A DNA stretch of 64,000 nt, from IMG/VR virus record IMGVR_UViG_3300046791_000499, positions 32,001-96,000 of that record; one strand, given 5' to 3'. The DNA comes from a virus. Position numbers and translations under genes: made by a program. This document shows positions 36,716 to 45,172 of this stretch, one piece after another; the first letter of the stretch is position 1; each line of letters begins with the position of its first letter. The notes beneath the pieces were generated by a model. The model saw only the letters and a list, made by a program, of their open reading frames with translations. It did no database searches and was not told the origin of the DNA.

Positions 36716-37492
36716 TCATCGTCGGTTCCACGTACAGCCAGCCAGCGGGACCGGGAGCACAAGATCGGTGCGGAGGGTGGCGAGCTGAAAGCACGTGCGT
36801 GCTGTGTCCTCATAGGCGCGCAGCAAGTTCATGACCTTCGTCGAGGTCACCAGATTTTTCCGCTCGAGCAGGTACTCGAGCGTGCCGTACTCGGCGAGCA
36901 GCTTGGCCGCGGTCTTGGATCCGACCCCCGGGATCCCCGTGTAGTTGTCGGACGTGTCTCCGATCAGGGCGAGCAGGTCCGGGATCCGCTCAGGCGGCAC
37001 GCCGAACTTCTCGACCGATTCATCCGGTCCCCATGTGCGCTTGCGGATCTCGTCGATCATCCGAACCTGGACCGGCTCGTCTCGCACGAGCTGCACCAGA
37101 TCCTTGTCGCCGGAGACGATCGTGACGCGCATGCCCTCGGCTACGGCTGCCGCAACGTAGGTAGCGATCATGTCGTCGGCCTCGTGGTCAGAGGCCGGGA
37201 TGCTGAGCGCCATTTTCCAAAAGCTGCACTGCCTCCGGCAGCCGAGCAGGACTTCGTTGAGACCCTCGGGTCGCGGAGGTCGGTTGGCCTTGTACGTCGG
37301 CCAGATCGAGCGGCGCCAGTTCGAGGAGTTGTCGAAGGGGTCGAACACGGCGACCGCATGTGTGGGCTCGTACCGGATCCGGTAGCGCCCGAGCGCGGAG
37401 CTGAATGCCTCCTCTGGCGGACGGTCAGTCGCGACGTGGAAGTAGCGGCGAGCCGCGTTGTCGCCGTCGACGACGAGCAGGTGTCCGGTCAT
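36716..37492 (-). CDS. 5'-3' exonuclease / flap endonuclease (PolA N-terminal-like)
   Basis: LLVVDGD, VFDP, WRRSIWPTYKANR, EADDMIAT, IVSGDKDLVQL, LIGDTSDNYTGIPGVGSKTA. Confidence 0.92.
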   Translation of the reverse strand: MTGHLLVVDGDNAARRYFHVATDRPPEEAFSSALGRYRIRYEPTHAVAVFDPFDNSSNWRRSIWPTYKANRPPRPEGLNEVLLGCRRQCSFWKMALSIPASDHEADDMIATYVAAAVAEGMRVTIVSGDKDLVQLVRDEPVQVRMIDEIRKRTWGPDESVEKFGVPPERIPDLLALIGDTSDNYTGIPGVGSKTAAKLLAEYGTLEYLLERKNLVTSTKVMNLLRAYEDTARTCFQLATLRTDLVLPVPLAGCTWNRR

Positions 37493-37824
37493 GGCAGATC
37501 CTTGGCTTCGCGGATCTGCGTGGGTGAAACGATACCGGCCGTGATCATCGCGGCGTAGAAGTCGAACCCCTGGCTCACGAGCCCAACCGTGAACGCAACG
37601 TCGGCCGGCGCGACGACCCATTCGCCGAGCGACTCGGTCTCGAACCGGAGCAGCGTCCACAGGTTGCCCTTGACCACCTTGACCTCGTGCACCTTGAACA
37701 ACCCGGTGAAGTGCCGGATCCGCTGGACCGCGCACGGGCCCGTATCGTGGATCGCCCACGTCCAGCACGCGGGCAGCGGCACGCGTTCGAGTTCGTCGAG
37801 GGTCCATTGTCTGGTGCTGGTCAC
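37489..37824 (-). CDS. hypothetical protein
   Basis: ATGA overlap with the exonuclease; GTG start chosen so the ORF does not overlap the tRNA. Confidence 0.45.
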   Translation of the reverse strand: MTSTRQWTLDELERVPLPACWTWAIHDTGPCAVQRIRHFTGLFKVHEVKVVKGNLWTLLRFETESLGEWVVAPADVAFTVGLVSQGFDFYAAMITAGIVSPTQIREAKDLP

Positions 37825-37901
37825 GGGCGTGCTGACCGGACCCAAGCCAGCGGCATTCCCCGACGGCTTGCCCGATGTCCTGGTGCGTGATACGACTTGC
37901 C

Positions 37902-37976
37902 CGTGGGGTAGAGCAGCTAGGTAGCTCGCTGGGCTCATAATCCAGAGGTCGCTCGGTTCAAATCCGGTCCCCGCAA
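37902..37976 (+). tRNA. tRNA-Met(CAT), initiator (fMet)-type, atypical
   Basis: CGTGGGG/CCCCGCA acceptor with C1:A72 mismatch, AGCAGCTAGGTAGCT D-arm, CTGGG-CTCATAA-TCCAG anticodon arm, GGTTCAAATCC T-loop; no encoded CCA. Confidence 0.88.
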
Positions 37977-37992
37977 TCACCCAAAAATGAAA

Positions 37993-38036
37993 GACCCCGG
38001 TAGGCCCGCGAACGTGGCGGACAACCTACCGGGGTC
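37993..38036 (-). terminator. intrinsic terminator hairpin between the convergent tRNA and the 38060-38782 gene
   Basis: 12-bp inverted repeat GACCCCGGTAGG/CCTACCGGGGTC; TTTCATTTTT follows on the minus strand. Confidence 0.7.
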
Positions 38037-38059
38037 GATGTTTGTGGACGGTGTGGCGA

Positions 38060-38782
38060 TCACTTCGGCGGCTGGCAGAACGCCATCTCGGGCTTCGCCG
38101 GGAACGGGTTCGGCCCGCCATCGGCCGGGAGGATGCCGCGGGTGATCAGGTTCGCCACGGTGTCATAGTAGAGCACGTGGACCTCGGCGGGCGTCTCGGT
38201 GGCGCGGTCGAAATTGGTCGTGGTGACCTTGCTCTCGACCGTCTCGCCGAAGCCTGTCCCAGTCGAGCGGGTTGGGCTCGCGTCGAGGCTGGCGTGATCG
38301 ATGCCGCCTCCGCCAAAACTCTGGCCACGCACTCCACTGCCGCGAGGCATGCTTGCGCCCATTGGAAACGCCGCTGGAGTCGGGGTTGCCATCATCCTCA
38401 TGACGGGCTGCTTCTCCTCGAACACGGCGCATCCGACCACGCCGACGTTCGAGCCGTCGCCGGTCTTGGCCGCGTAGCTCTCGCCAACGTCGACAAGCCG
38501 AAAGGCCGCGACCTCGGACATGCTCGTGCGCCAGCCCTTGAAGGCGTAGTAGGAGTTGCCCTGGATGACCATCGCCTCGCCGTCGGGATCCCCAGGCTTC
38601 CCGTCGAGCACGTTCTTGCCGTCGATGGTCACCACGACCGCGATGCGCCGCCAACCGTTGTTGGTGACCACGAGGTTGTAGCGCTGGTCGAGTTTGCCAC
38701 CGAGGTAGGTTCGGCCGTGTTGGGTTCCGATACGAAGGGGCTCACCCTCCGCGGCTTCGAGTTTGATGCTGACGAGTGACAT
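38060..38782 (-). CDS. conserved hypothetical beta-sandwich protein
   Basis: RYNLVVTNN..RRIAVVVTIDGKNVLDG, GWR.S..EVAAF, SYAAKTG..NVGVVGCAVFEEK, GTGFGE. Confidence 0.75.
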   Translation of the reverse strand: MSLVSIKLEAAEGEPLRIGTQHGRTYLGGKLDQRYNLVVTNNGWRRIAVVVTIDGKNVLDGKPGDPDGEAMVIQGNSYYAFKGWRTSMSEVAAFRLVDVGESYAAKTGDGSNVGVVGCAVFEEKQPVMRMMATPTPAAFPMGASMPRGSGVRGQSFGGGGIDHASLDASPTRSTGTGFGETVESKVTTTNFDRATETPAEVHVLYYDTVANLITRGILPADGGPNPFPAKPEMAFCQPPK

Positions 38783-39035
38783 GGTGCCGGCGTGACCAGC
38801 GTGCGGGCTCGGACATTCCCACCGGAATACGGATCCGCGCGGGCCGGTCGGGCAGGTATGAGCACCCAAGACACAACCTGACGGGAATGCGCGGCGGCGC
38901 TGGCGGTTGACCGGTCTCCATCCCGGAGCACCAGCCCAAGGAGTCCGTCATGCGCAGCTAGTCACCAGCGGAGGTTCAACCCCAAAGCTCAGTACGCACC
39001 GACGGGCATGGTCGGCGAGCGCCTGAGCTTCGGGC

Positions 39036-39287
39036 GTGATGCGGATCCTCTACGAGCGACACCAGGACATCGGCCCCAACGAGGTGCGCGAATACAGCGT
39101 CGAGGAGATCGTGAACCTTGGCTGCAAGGACGGCCGCGACGTGGTGGCGACCGCCGAGATCCTCGCTCGCCTCGTCGACACGCTCACATCCCGCGGGCTG
39201 CTCACGGCTGACGACATCGACACCATCGCGTTCGGGTATTCGGGCTCGCCGGGGCGCGTCATCGGATTCGTGCCCGAGGATCGGTGA
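39036..39287 (+). CDS. hypothetical protein
   Basis: ILARLVDTL..RGLLT helical motif. Confidence 0.5.
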   Translation: MMRILYERHQDIGPNEVREYSVEEIVNLGCKDGRDVVATAEILARLVDTLTSRGLLTADDIDTIAFGYSGSPGRVIGFVPEDR

Positions 39288-39291
39288 CCGC

Positions 39292-40392
39292 ATGGCCGAG
39301 CCTCCGAGCAGCGTGTGGCGTTTTTCCGGCGGCTGGCTGCTGTGGCGCGTCGCCGACGAGATCGACAGACGACAAGCGACTATCGTCCCGGGCTCGCGGC
39401 CCTGCCGTGCGTGCGGAGGCCGTGGGACATTTGCGGAGTGGGGGCAACAGGAGGTTGGGTTCCTGTTGCCCGATGCCACGGGATTGCCCAGGAGCCTCGC
39501 CGACCGCGAGACGATCATCGGCCGAGAGATCCGGTGGGACCGGGTACTCGTGTGTGATTGCGTGTTTCCGTTTTCGTCGCCAGACATCCGCCCGGAATGC
39601 CCGACGCGTCCAGACACGGTCTCGCTCGCGTGGCTCGTGGGGTTCCTCGCCGAGCTGCCCAAGCCAGCATTCGATTGGCCGGCTCAGTGGCTCGTCGATC
39701 TCGACTGGCGCGAAGCCCAAGGCGATGACTCATGGCAGGCTGTTTGGTGGGCGGAGTTCATGGCCTGGACGCGCGGTGCGGCGATCGACGTCGACCGTCT
39801 CCAGCGTGCGCTCGATGATGCTTACCTCGCGGAGCGTTTGAAACTCGCTCACGCGAACCGGCAGCCGTCGATCGCCGCAGCCGTTCGAGCGGTCGTGGGC
39901 GTGACGAGTGTCTGCGTGCTCGAGAACCGGGTCAGCGGGGACCCGGCCGAACGCTCACTCGAAGTACTCGTTGAAGGCGGCGAGGACGAAGCCGTTGCCG
40001 CGGCGATCTACTCGTCGATGCATCGGGGCATTCCGCTCATCGGCACGGTCTCGGTGATCCTCGAAGGTTCCCCAGCGCTCGGGCTCTGGGATGACTCATG
40101 GGCGGAGGTCAGGTTTTCGCGGCCGTCGTTCTCGGTCGTGTCGCATGGTGGCCTGGACGTCACGTGGACCGCTCACAACGTGGCCGTGATCAAACCGATC
40201 GCGGCCCAGGGCTGGAACTACTGGGGCTACTCGCTGGCGATCGATGAAGAGGTTGTCACCGTCATGTCCACGCCTGGCATGGATGTGTGCGCGCTGCTGC
40301 GCGATGGCATCTACCAGAACCCGGTGCTGGCCAACCGGGTGACCGCGGTCGCGGACAGCAGGACCCTCACCCTGACCAGGGTCGACGGCTAG
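39292..40392 (+). CDS. chimeric protein: Zn finger, baseplate-J C-terminal-like domain and sheath-insertion-like domain
   Basis: CRACGGRG; AAAVRAVVGVTSVCVLEN..LEVLVEGGEDEAVAAAI...VRFSRP aligns with this phage's baseplate J. Confidence 0.65.
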   Translation: MAEPPSSVWRFSGGWLLWRVADEIDRRQATIVPGSRPCRACGGRGTFAEWGQQEVGFLLPDATGLPRSLADRETIIGREIRWDRVLVCDCVFPFSSPDIRPECPTRPDTVSLAWLVGFLAELPKPAFDWPAQWLVDLDWREAQGDDSWQAVWWAEFMAWTRGAAIDVDRLQRALDDAYLAERLKLAHANRQPSIAAAVRAVVGVTSVCVLENRVSGDPAERSLEVLVEGGEDEAVAAAIYSSMHRGIPLIGTVSVILEGSPALGLWDDSWAEVRFSRPSFSVVSHGGLDVTWTAHNVAVIKPIAAQGWNYWGYSLAIDEEVVTVMSTPGMDVCALLRDGIYQNPVLANRVTAVADSRTLTLTRVDG

Positions 40393-40593
40393 TCCCGGAG
40401 CAGGTCGAGCAACCCGTTGAGCACCGCGCTCGCGATGTAGCTCAGCACCACCGCGATCGCACAGCAGGCCGCAGCGTCTCGCACCCGGTGACGGATGACC
40501 ATCTGCGGGGACATGCGCTCGGCCGGCATCGATCGAGCATGGGCCAGCCGTACTGCTGAGTCCGACGAAAAGATGTCGGCACTCCAGATAGGT

Positions 40594-40623
40594 GACCCGG
40601 GGCGGACGAATCCACCCCGGGTC
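40594..40623 (-). terminator. stable hairpin with UUCG tetraloop downstream of 40657-41160
   Basis: Minus strand GACCCGGGGTGGA-TTCG-TCCGCCCCGGGTC (13-bp stem including one G-U); no U-tract. Confidence 0.5.
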
Positions 40624-40656
40624 TTCGGGTCGATCGGACGGTCACCCGCCCGCACC

Positions 40657-41160
40657 TTAGAACGGGAGCCGATTGCTCGGCTGCTCCAATGTCGCAGGGA
40701 CACTGCCCGGATCAAGCGTAGCTTGATCCCCGGCGAAGCCGGCCTTGTCTGTGTTTGGTGGTTTCCGCTCGCGACGCAACGTCGCAAGCTGCTCGGTGAA
40801 GATCGAAAGGGCAGGCCCGAGCGCGTCGCCGCGGTTCTCGAGCCAGTCGCAAAACACGGGGAACTCATCGGTCCGCAAGCGTCGCTGCAGCTCGTCGAGC
40901 AGGTCGACCACGTGCACTCGCGCCAGGACCTCGCCGATTGGGAGCCGGCACATGGAGATGGTCTCGGCGCTGGAGATGGTGACCTTCAAGGTGGGCGAGC
41001 CCTCGTGATCGACACGGGCCTTGGCGCTCGCGCGGCGGTTGGGCTTACGGCCGCTGGGTCCCGTCAGGCCGGGCACGGTCATGCAGGCGTCCGCTCGCGG
41101 CCGGCCGAAGCCTTGTTGCCGCTGAGTTGCCAGCCGAGCGCGCTTGGCTTTCCGGGTCAT
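40657..41160 (-). CDS. hypothetical protein
   Basis: Basic N-terminus; VFCDWLENRGD motif. Confidence 0.55.
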   Translation of the reverse strand: MTRKAKRARLATQRQQGFGRPRADACMTVPGLTGPSGRKPNRRASAKARVDHEGSPTLKVTISSAETISMCRLPIGEVLARVHVVDLLDELQRRLRTDEFPVFCDWLENRGDALGPALSIFTEQLATLRRERKPPNTDKAGFAGDQATLDPGSVPATLEQPSNRLPF

Positions 41161-41435
41161 CGTGGTGTCGACCGCGGGAGAGCGGCGGCTATTCCGGCCA
41201 ACTGGAGATGAGAGAAAGCTCGCACGCTGATCGGCTACGAAAAGTGAACCGTCCAGCCCCTGCCGTCACTGGTGCTGCATGGACCCCGTCGACCTCGCCC
41301 ATGACCATTGCTTTCAATCTATCCGATGCGCACTCGGCTTCGCATCATGGCACGAGCGGCTTGGCCTGTGGCTGGACGGCACGCTGACGCTGGCGGATCT
41401 GCGCAAGGCCCGGAGGTCTCGGCGCCAAACAGTGG

Positions 41436-41780
41436 TCAGGGGCGCCCGTTGACCTTCTCGCCACCGTGGGGGAGCCCCCTCTCAACCGTAGGGTGGAGGC
41501 TCGCTAGCAGGGCCTCGGTCTTCGCGTCGGCTTTCGCCCTGCGCGCTCGAGCCTTGACGATCGCGGCATCGTGCCGGGCTTTCAGTTCGACGCCCAGTGC
41601 TTCCATGGCCACGCGCCGATCCTCGAACGCCTTGCGCTTGGCCGCGCGTGCCTCCTCTTTCTCCGGGGAGTTTCGCTCCGCGCGAAGTCGCTCTCGGGCC
41701 GCGCGCTGTTCGTCCTTGCGCTTGGCGATGGTGGCGGCCTGCTGGACTTCGACGGGGGAGGACTCTTGGCTCTGTGGCAC
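41436..41780 (-). CDS. basic coiled-coil hypothetical protein
   Basis: K/R/A/E-rich; TACTGT -10-like element 6 nt upstream of the GTG. Confidence 0.5.
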   Translation of the reverse strand: MPQSQESSPVEVQQAATIAKRKDEQRAARERLRAERNSPEKEEARAAKRKAFEDRRVAMEALGVELKARHDAAIVKARARRAKADAKTEALLASLHPTVERGLPHGGEKVNGRP

Positions 41781-42108
41781 GAGCGCACAGTACCACGGCC
41801 GCAACACCATTGCGCCAAACGGGACGCAGCGCCACTGCGGTAGTACTGAATCGAACCTTGAACCCCTAACATGTGAGTTGTTAGGTGAACTATGCATATC
41901 ACCAACGCGGTGTCCGCAGTCACTTTCCGCGCACCGCGATTCGCACGGATTGCGCTCGGCGGTGATATGGGGCGATAGTCGCACGGCGAAACCGCTACCC
42001 GGTGCCTCCGCCGTGGCGATCCAGGTTGGGAGATGGCCAGGCCGCGAGGTTGGAATCGAACATCCTGCGATCCGGTAGCGAGCGCGAACCCCAAGAACGA
42101 ACCACACC

Positions 42109-43065
42109 ATGAACATTCATACCATTGCAACTATCGTCACCCTGCTCACGACCTTGGCCTGCGTGCCACCGGCATCCGAGTGCATGGGTGAGTGTGCTGA
42201 ATCGATCGACACCGAGGGCACCGAGTCTTCCGGCGATGGAGATGGCGACCAAACCGGGCCAGGCGATGGCGACGGCGAGCCGACCACCGATACCACCGGC
42301 GATGGAGATGACACCGGCGACGGAGATGGGGACGGCGATGGCGAGCCCGAGTGCGGCAACGCGGTGCTCGAGCCGGGCGAGCAGTGCGACGACGGCAACC
42401 TGCTCACCGGCGATGGATGCTCACCCGTGTGTGTGCTCGAGCCGGATGCGATCCCATGCGGCGACTCCATCTACGAGTGCGGCGACGGAGTCGACAACGA
42501 CAACGACGGCAAGACCGACATGGCCGACTCGAACTGCACGAGCCCATGCGACGACGACGAGAACTCACTGCTGACCTTGCCCGGCCAGGATGGCGACTGC
42601 GAGAAGGACTGCTTTTGGAACAATGGAGCCGACGCTTGCAGTTGGAACCTGACATGCGATCCCGACAGTCCAGGTGCCGACATCGGGTGCGAGTACGATC
42701 CAGCCGGCGGCCAATGCAATTTCGAGCAGACCCAGGAGTGCGTCGACTCCTGCTTGCCGCTGGTGCCCAACGCCTGCGACTGCTTCGGGTGTTGCCAGGT
42801 CGACGGGCTGTTCATCTACCTCGACTCGAACCCCGAGTGCTCGATGGACAACCTCGGCGCGTGCAACACGTGCACGTACTTCTACGGGTGCACCAACGAC
42901 TGCATCAAGGACGACTGCGAGTTGTGCTTCGGCGAGACGATCGATGAACTGCCGATGGGCTGTGCCGAGCCGAGCTGCGATGTCGGCACGCCGTGCGGAG
43001 AGCAGAGCGACTGCAACGATGGCGACTTCTGCCAGACCGGGTGCTGCGTTCCGATCCAGGGCTGA
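42109..43065 (+). CDS. myxobacterial Cys-rich exported/lipoprotein (Myxococcus Cys-rich repeat), moron
   Basis: Signal/lipobox TLAC, GDGDGD low-complexity tract, CGNAVLEPGEQCDDGN..GDGCS..C, CGDGVDNDNDGKTD. Confidence 0.8.
   Translation: MNIHTIATIVTLLTTLACVPPASECMGECAESIDTEGTESSGDGDGDQTGPGDGDGEPTTDTTGDGDDTGDGDGDGDGEPECGNAVLEPGEQCDDGNLLTGDGCSPVCVLEPDAIPCGDSIYECGDGVDNDNDGKTDMADSNCTSPCDDDENSLLTLPGQDGDCEKDCFWNNGADACSWNLTCDPDSPGADIGCEYDPAGGQCNFEQTQECVDSCLPLVPNACDCFGCCQVDGLFIYLDSNPECSMDNLGACNTCTYFYGCTNDCIKDDCELCFGETIDELPMGCAEPSCDVGTPCGEQSDCNDGDFCQTGCCVPIQG
42232..42342 (+). repeat. coding GGCGAT/GGAGAT (Gly-Asp) microsatellite-like tract
   Basis: Encodes the GDGDGD repeats. Confidence 0.8.
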
Positions 43066-43072
43066 ATCAAGC

Positions 43073-43108
43073 GAACGAGCCGGCCCATTGCAGCGGGCCG
43101 GCTCGTTC
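43073..43108. terminator. hairpin between the convergent moron and tail fibre genes
   Basis: Perfect 14-bp inverted repeat GAACGAGCCGGCCC/GGGCCGGCTCGTTC. Confidence 0.8.
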
Positions 43109-43138
43109 AAGGAGGTTGGCGGTCGGGCTCTACCCGGC

Positions 43139-45163
43139 TTAGTAGACACCTTTGACGGTCAGAACGATGTCGTACCAATCGACGGTTGCCGAGAAGTCGA
43201 GCCGCACTCGGAACGTGCGCTGGGCTGCGGTCGGCAACGTGTACTTCTTCCGAAACGTGAACGGCATCATTCGGCCCGTCGTCCCAGCGCCGTCAATGTC
43301 CAGCGAGTTGAGCGGCTGAGAAGTAGCCACGGTGACCGACCCCGTGACGTCCTTGAGCAGAATGGTCATCGTCGTGGTGTCGGTTCGTCCGTTCCACATT
43401 CCGGTGACCTCGACAAGCACAACGCCGGTTACCTCCGGTGTGATCACGGCGTCCGCGACATCGCCAGTTGTGCCGACGTTGGAGCCGTCGGTTGTGGTGC
43501 CGTCGCCGTGCACCCAGCCCTTCGTAGAGCTGTGGATGCTCTCGTACGCTGCGCCGTTGTGCGTCCGCCACTTCACGCGGCTCGAGTTCAAGAACAGCGA
43601 GCCGGCCTGCGTCGTCGTTGGATCCGAATCCACAGGCACAACGACAAGCGGGGAACGCTTTGGTGCCGTTGCGTCCGTCTCTAGCTTCGCCGCATTGCCG
43701 TCCACGCTCAAGGCGTAGAGTGCGTTTGCATCTCCGAGTCCCAACGCGGCAATCCCAACGCCGCTCGAGGTAGCAGCAGCGGATGAAGTGCCCACGACAC
43801 CCACTGCACCAGTATTGACCGCGACGCCCTTGACTCCGTAGCTGGTCGCGTTGTTGAAGCCCGTCCCGAGAACGCCGTTGACGCCGGCGCCGGTGCCTAC
43901 ACCCACGAGACCGCCATTGCCTGTGAACGGCTCGCTGCAGGACATCGTGCCGATTACCGCGATGATGTCGCCAGCCGCGTTGCCGAGCGTCGACGATCCA
44001 TTCAGCGCCGTTGCCCCGGTGACGGTGAGGGCGGCAATCGTTGCCGCAGCCAAGCAGTCGAAAGTATCAGCCGTGCTCGTCCCGATCGTGCACGTGAAAG
44101 CGCCAGACCCAATGCAGAGCGAGACATCGTGGCCGGCAGTCAAATATCCATCGGTGGAAATGCCGACGGTGGAAATGACGTTGCCTCCGACGATGACGTT
44201 GTATCCGAATGATCCGCTGTATGTGACGTTGAGATAGGCGTCCGTGGAGATGTTCCCGGCCGCATGCACCACGGTGCTCGAGTAGACACCGTTGTAGCCA
44301 AGCACGCTGTTGGCGACCATCGCCTGATCGATGTTGACGTTCTCACCGAAGTGGACGTCGCCTCCGATGGTCTCGAGCACGATCCCGGGTCCACCGAAAT
44401 CGTTGTGGAAGGTGGCCGTGGTGTCGGTCGCCGAGTTGTTGGCCACGGACAACGCCGGCCCGCCGTTGGCCCCGATGAGAACCGAGGCAAGTTCCCCCAC
44501 GAGCGGAGCACCCGTGACGATGAGTGCAGCATCGGCCGGCACCGTGATGGTCACCAAGTCGGTGAAATTCGTTTGGCCTGAGACCGTCAGTTCCTCGGCG
44601 CCGATCGACTTGTGCGTTGGGATCTCGGGCACGAGCACCGTCGCAGCGGTGACGTTCGCGCCGTCGGTCTCGATTTTCCAGATGGCCACATAGCCCGCGG
44701 CAGGGACCGGCGCACCCGCTCCGTTGTTGACTTCCTGGTACGCGACCAGCCCCGCCTCGTTGAGATTGACGTAGGTGTCCTTGCTCGCCGTGAAGGCGTG
44801 CGGGCTGCCAATCGCGACCGTGAACTGCACGACCACGCCGCCGTCATCGTTGGCGTCGACCATCACCCACGACGCGGTGATCGAACTGCTCAATCCCGCG
44901 CCGGTGGTCCACGCGCCCGAGGTCGGGAAGACGAACGTACCGAACAGGCCAGCCGACGACGGGACCATCCGCGAGATGCCCATCGCCCGGATCCACCGCG
45001 CGAGATGCTGCCACTCGTAGTTGACCGTGCCCGACGGCAGAATCACGGAGCCGAGACCGGCAGCCTCCTCGGCAGGCACGGCGAAGGGTCCGCCAGATTC
45101 TCCCCACGTGGGCTCGTCGTAGGTGTCGTCCGGGTTGACTGGGATATCGGTGACGGCGGTCAT
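43139..45163 (-). CDS. tail fibre / receptor-binding protein
   Basis: Follows the baseplate genes; G/T/A/V-rich beta-repeat body (GNISTD, GVxG repeats). Confidence 0.75.
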   Translation of the reverse strand: MTAVTDIPVNPDDTYDEPTWGESGGPFAVPAEEAAGLGSVILPSGTVNYEWQHLARWIRAMGISRMVPSSAGLFGTFVFPTSGAWTTGAGLSSSITASWVMVDANDDGGVVVQFTVAIGSPHAFTASKDTYVNLNEAGLVAYQEVNNGAGAPVPAAGYVAIWKIETDGANVTAATVLVPEIPTHKSIGAEELTVSGQTNFTDLVTITVPADAALIVTGAPLVGELASVLIGANGGPALSVANNSATDTTATFHNDFGGPGIVLETIGGDVHFGENVNIDQAMVANSVLGYNGVYSSTVVHAAGNISTDAYLNVTYSGSFGYNVIVGGNVISTVGISTDGYLTAGHDVSLCIGSGAFTCTIGTSTADTFDCLAAATIAALTVTGATALNGSSTLGNAAGDIIAVIGTMSCSEPFTGNGGLVGVGTGAGVNGVLGTGFNNATSYGVKGVAVNTGAVGVVGTSSAAATSSGVGIAALGLGDANALYALSVDGNAAKLETDATAPKRSPLVVVPVDSDPTTTQAGSLFLNSSRVKWRTHNGAAYESIHSSTKGWVHGDGTTTDGSNVGTTGDVADAVITPEVTGVVLVEVTGMWNGRTDTTTMTILLKDVTGSVTVATSQPLNSLDIDGAGTTGRMMPFTFRKKYTLPTAAQRTFRVRLDFSATVDWYDIVLTVKGVY

Positions 45164-45172
45164 GGTGATCGG

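Noticed and set aside
37825-37980. N-terminal extension of ORF 37489-37980 (MIAGTGFEPSDLWIMSP...)
   Set aside because: It is the antisense translation of the tRNA gene.
41958-41967. lambda-like operator half-site (GGCGGTGATA)
   Set aside because: A single half-site without 17-bp dyad spacing; likely coincidence or part of the RNA stem.
41975-42085. c-di-GMP-I (GEMM) riboswitch
   Set aside because: It has GCCTCCG and GGTAGCG-like pieces but lacks the GGCAAA...GAAA...GACGCAAA core.
42232-42342. GGCGAT repeats as a phase-variable tract
   Set aside because: Imperfect in-frame hexamers encoding a Gly-Asp linker; slippage would not change frame.
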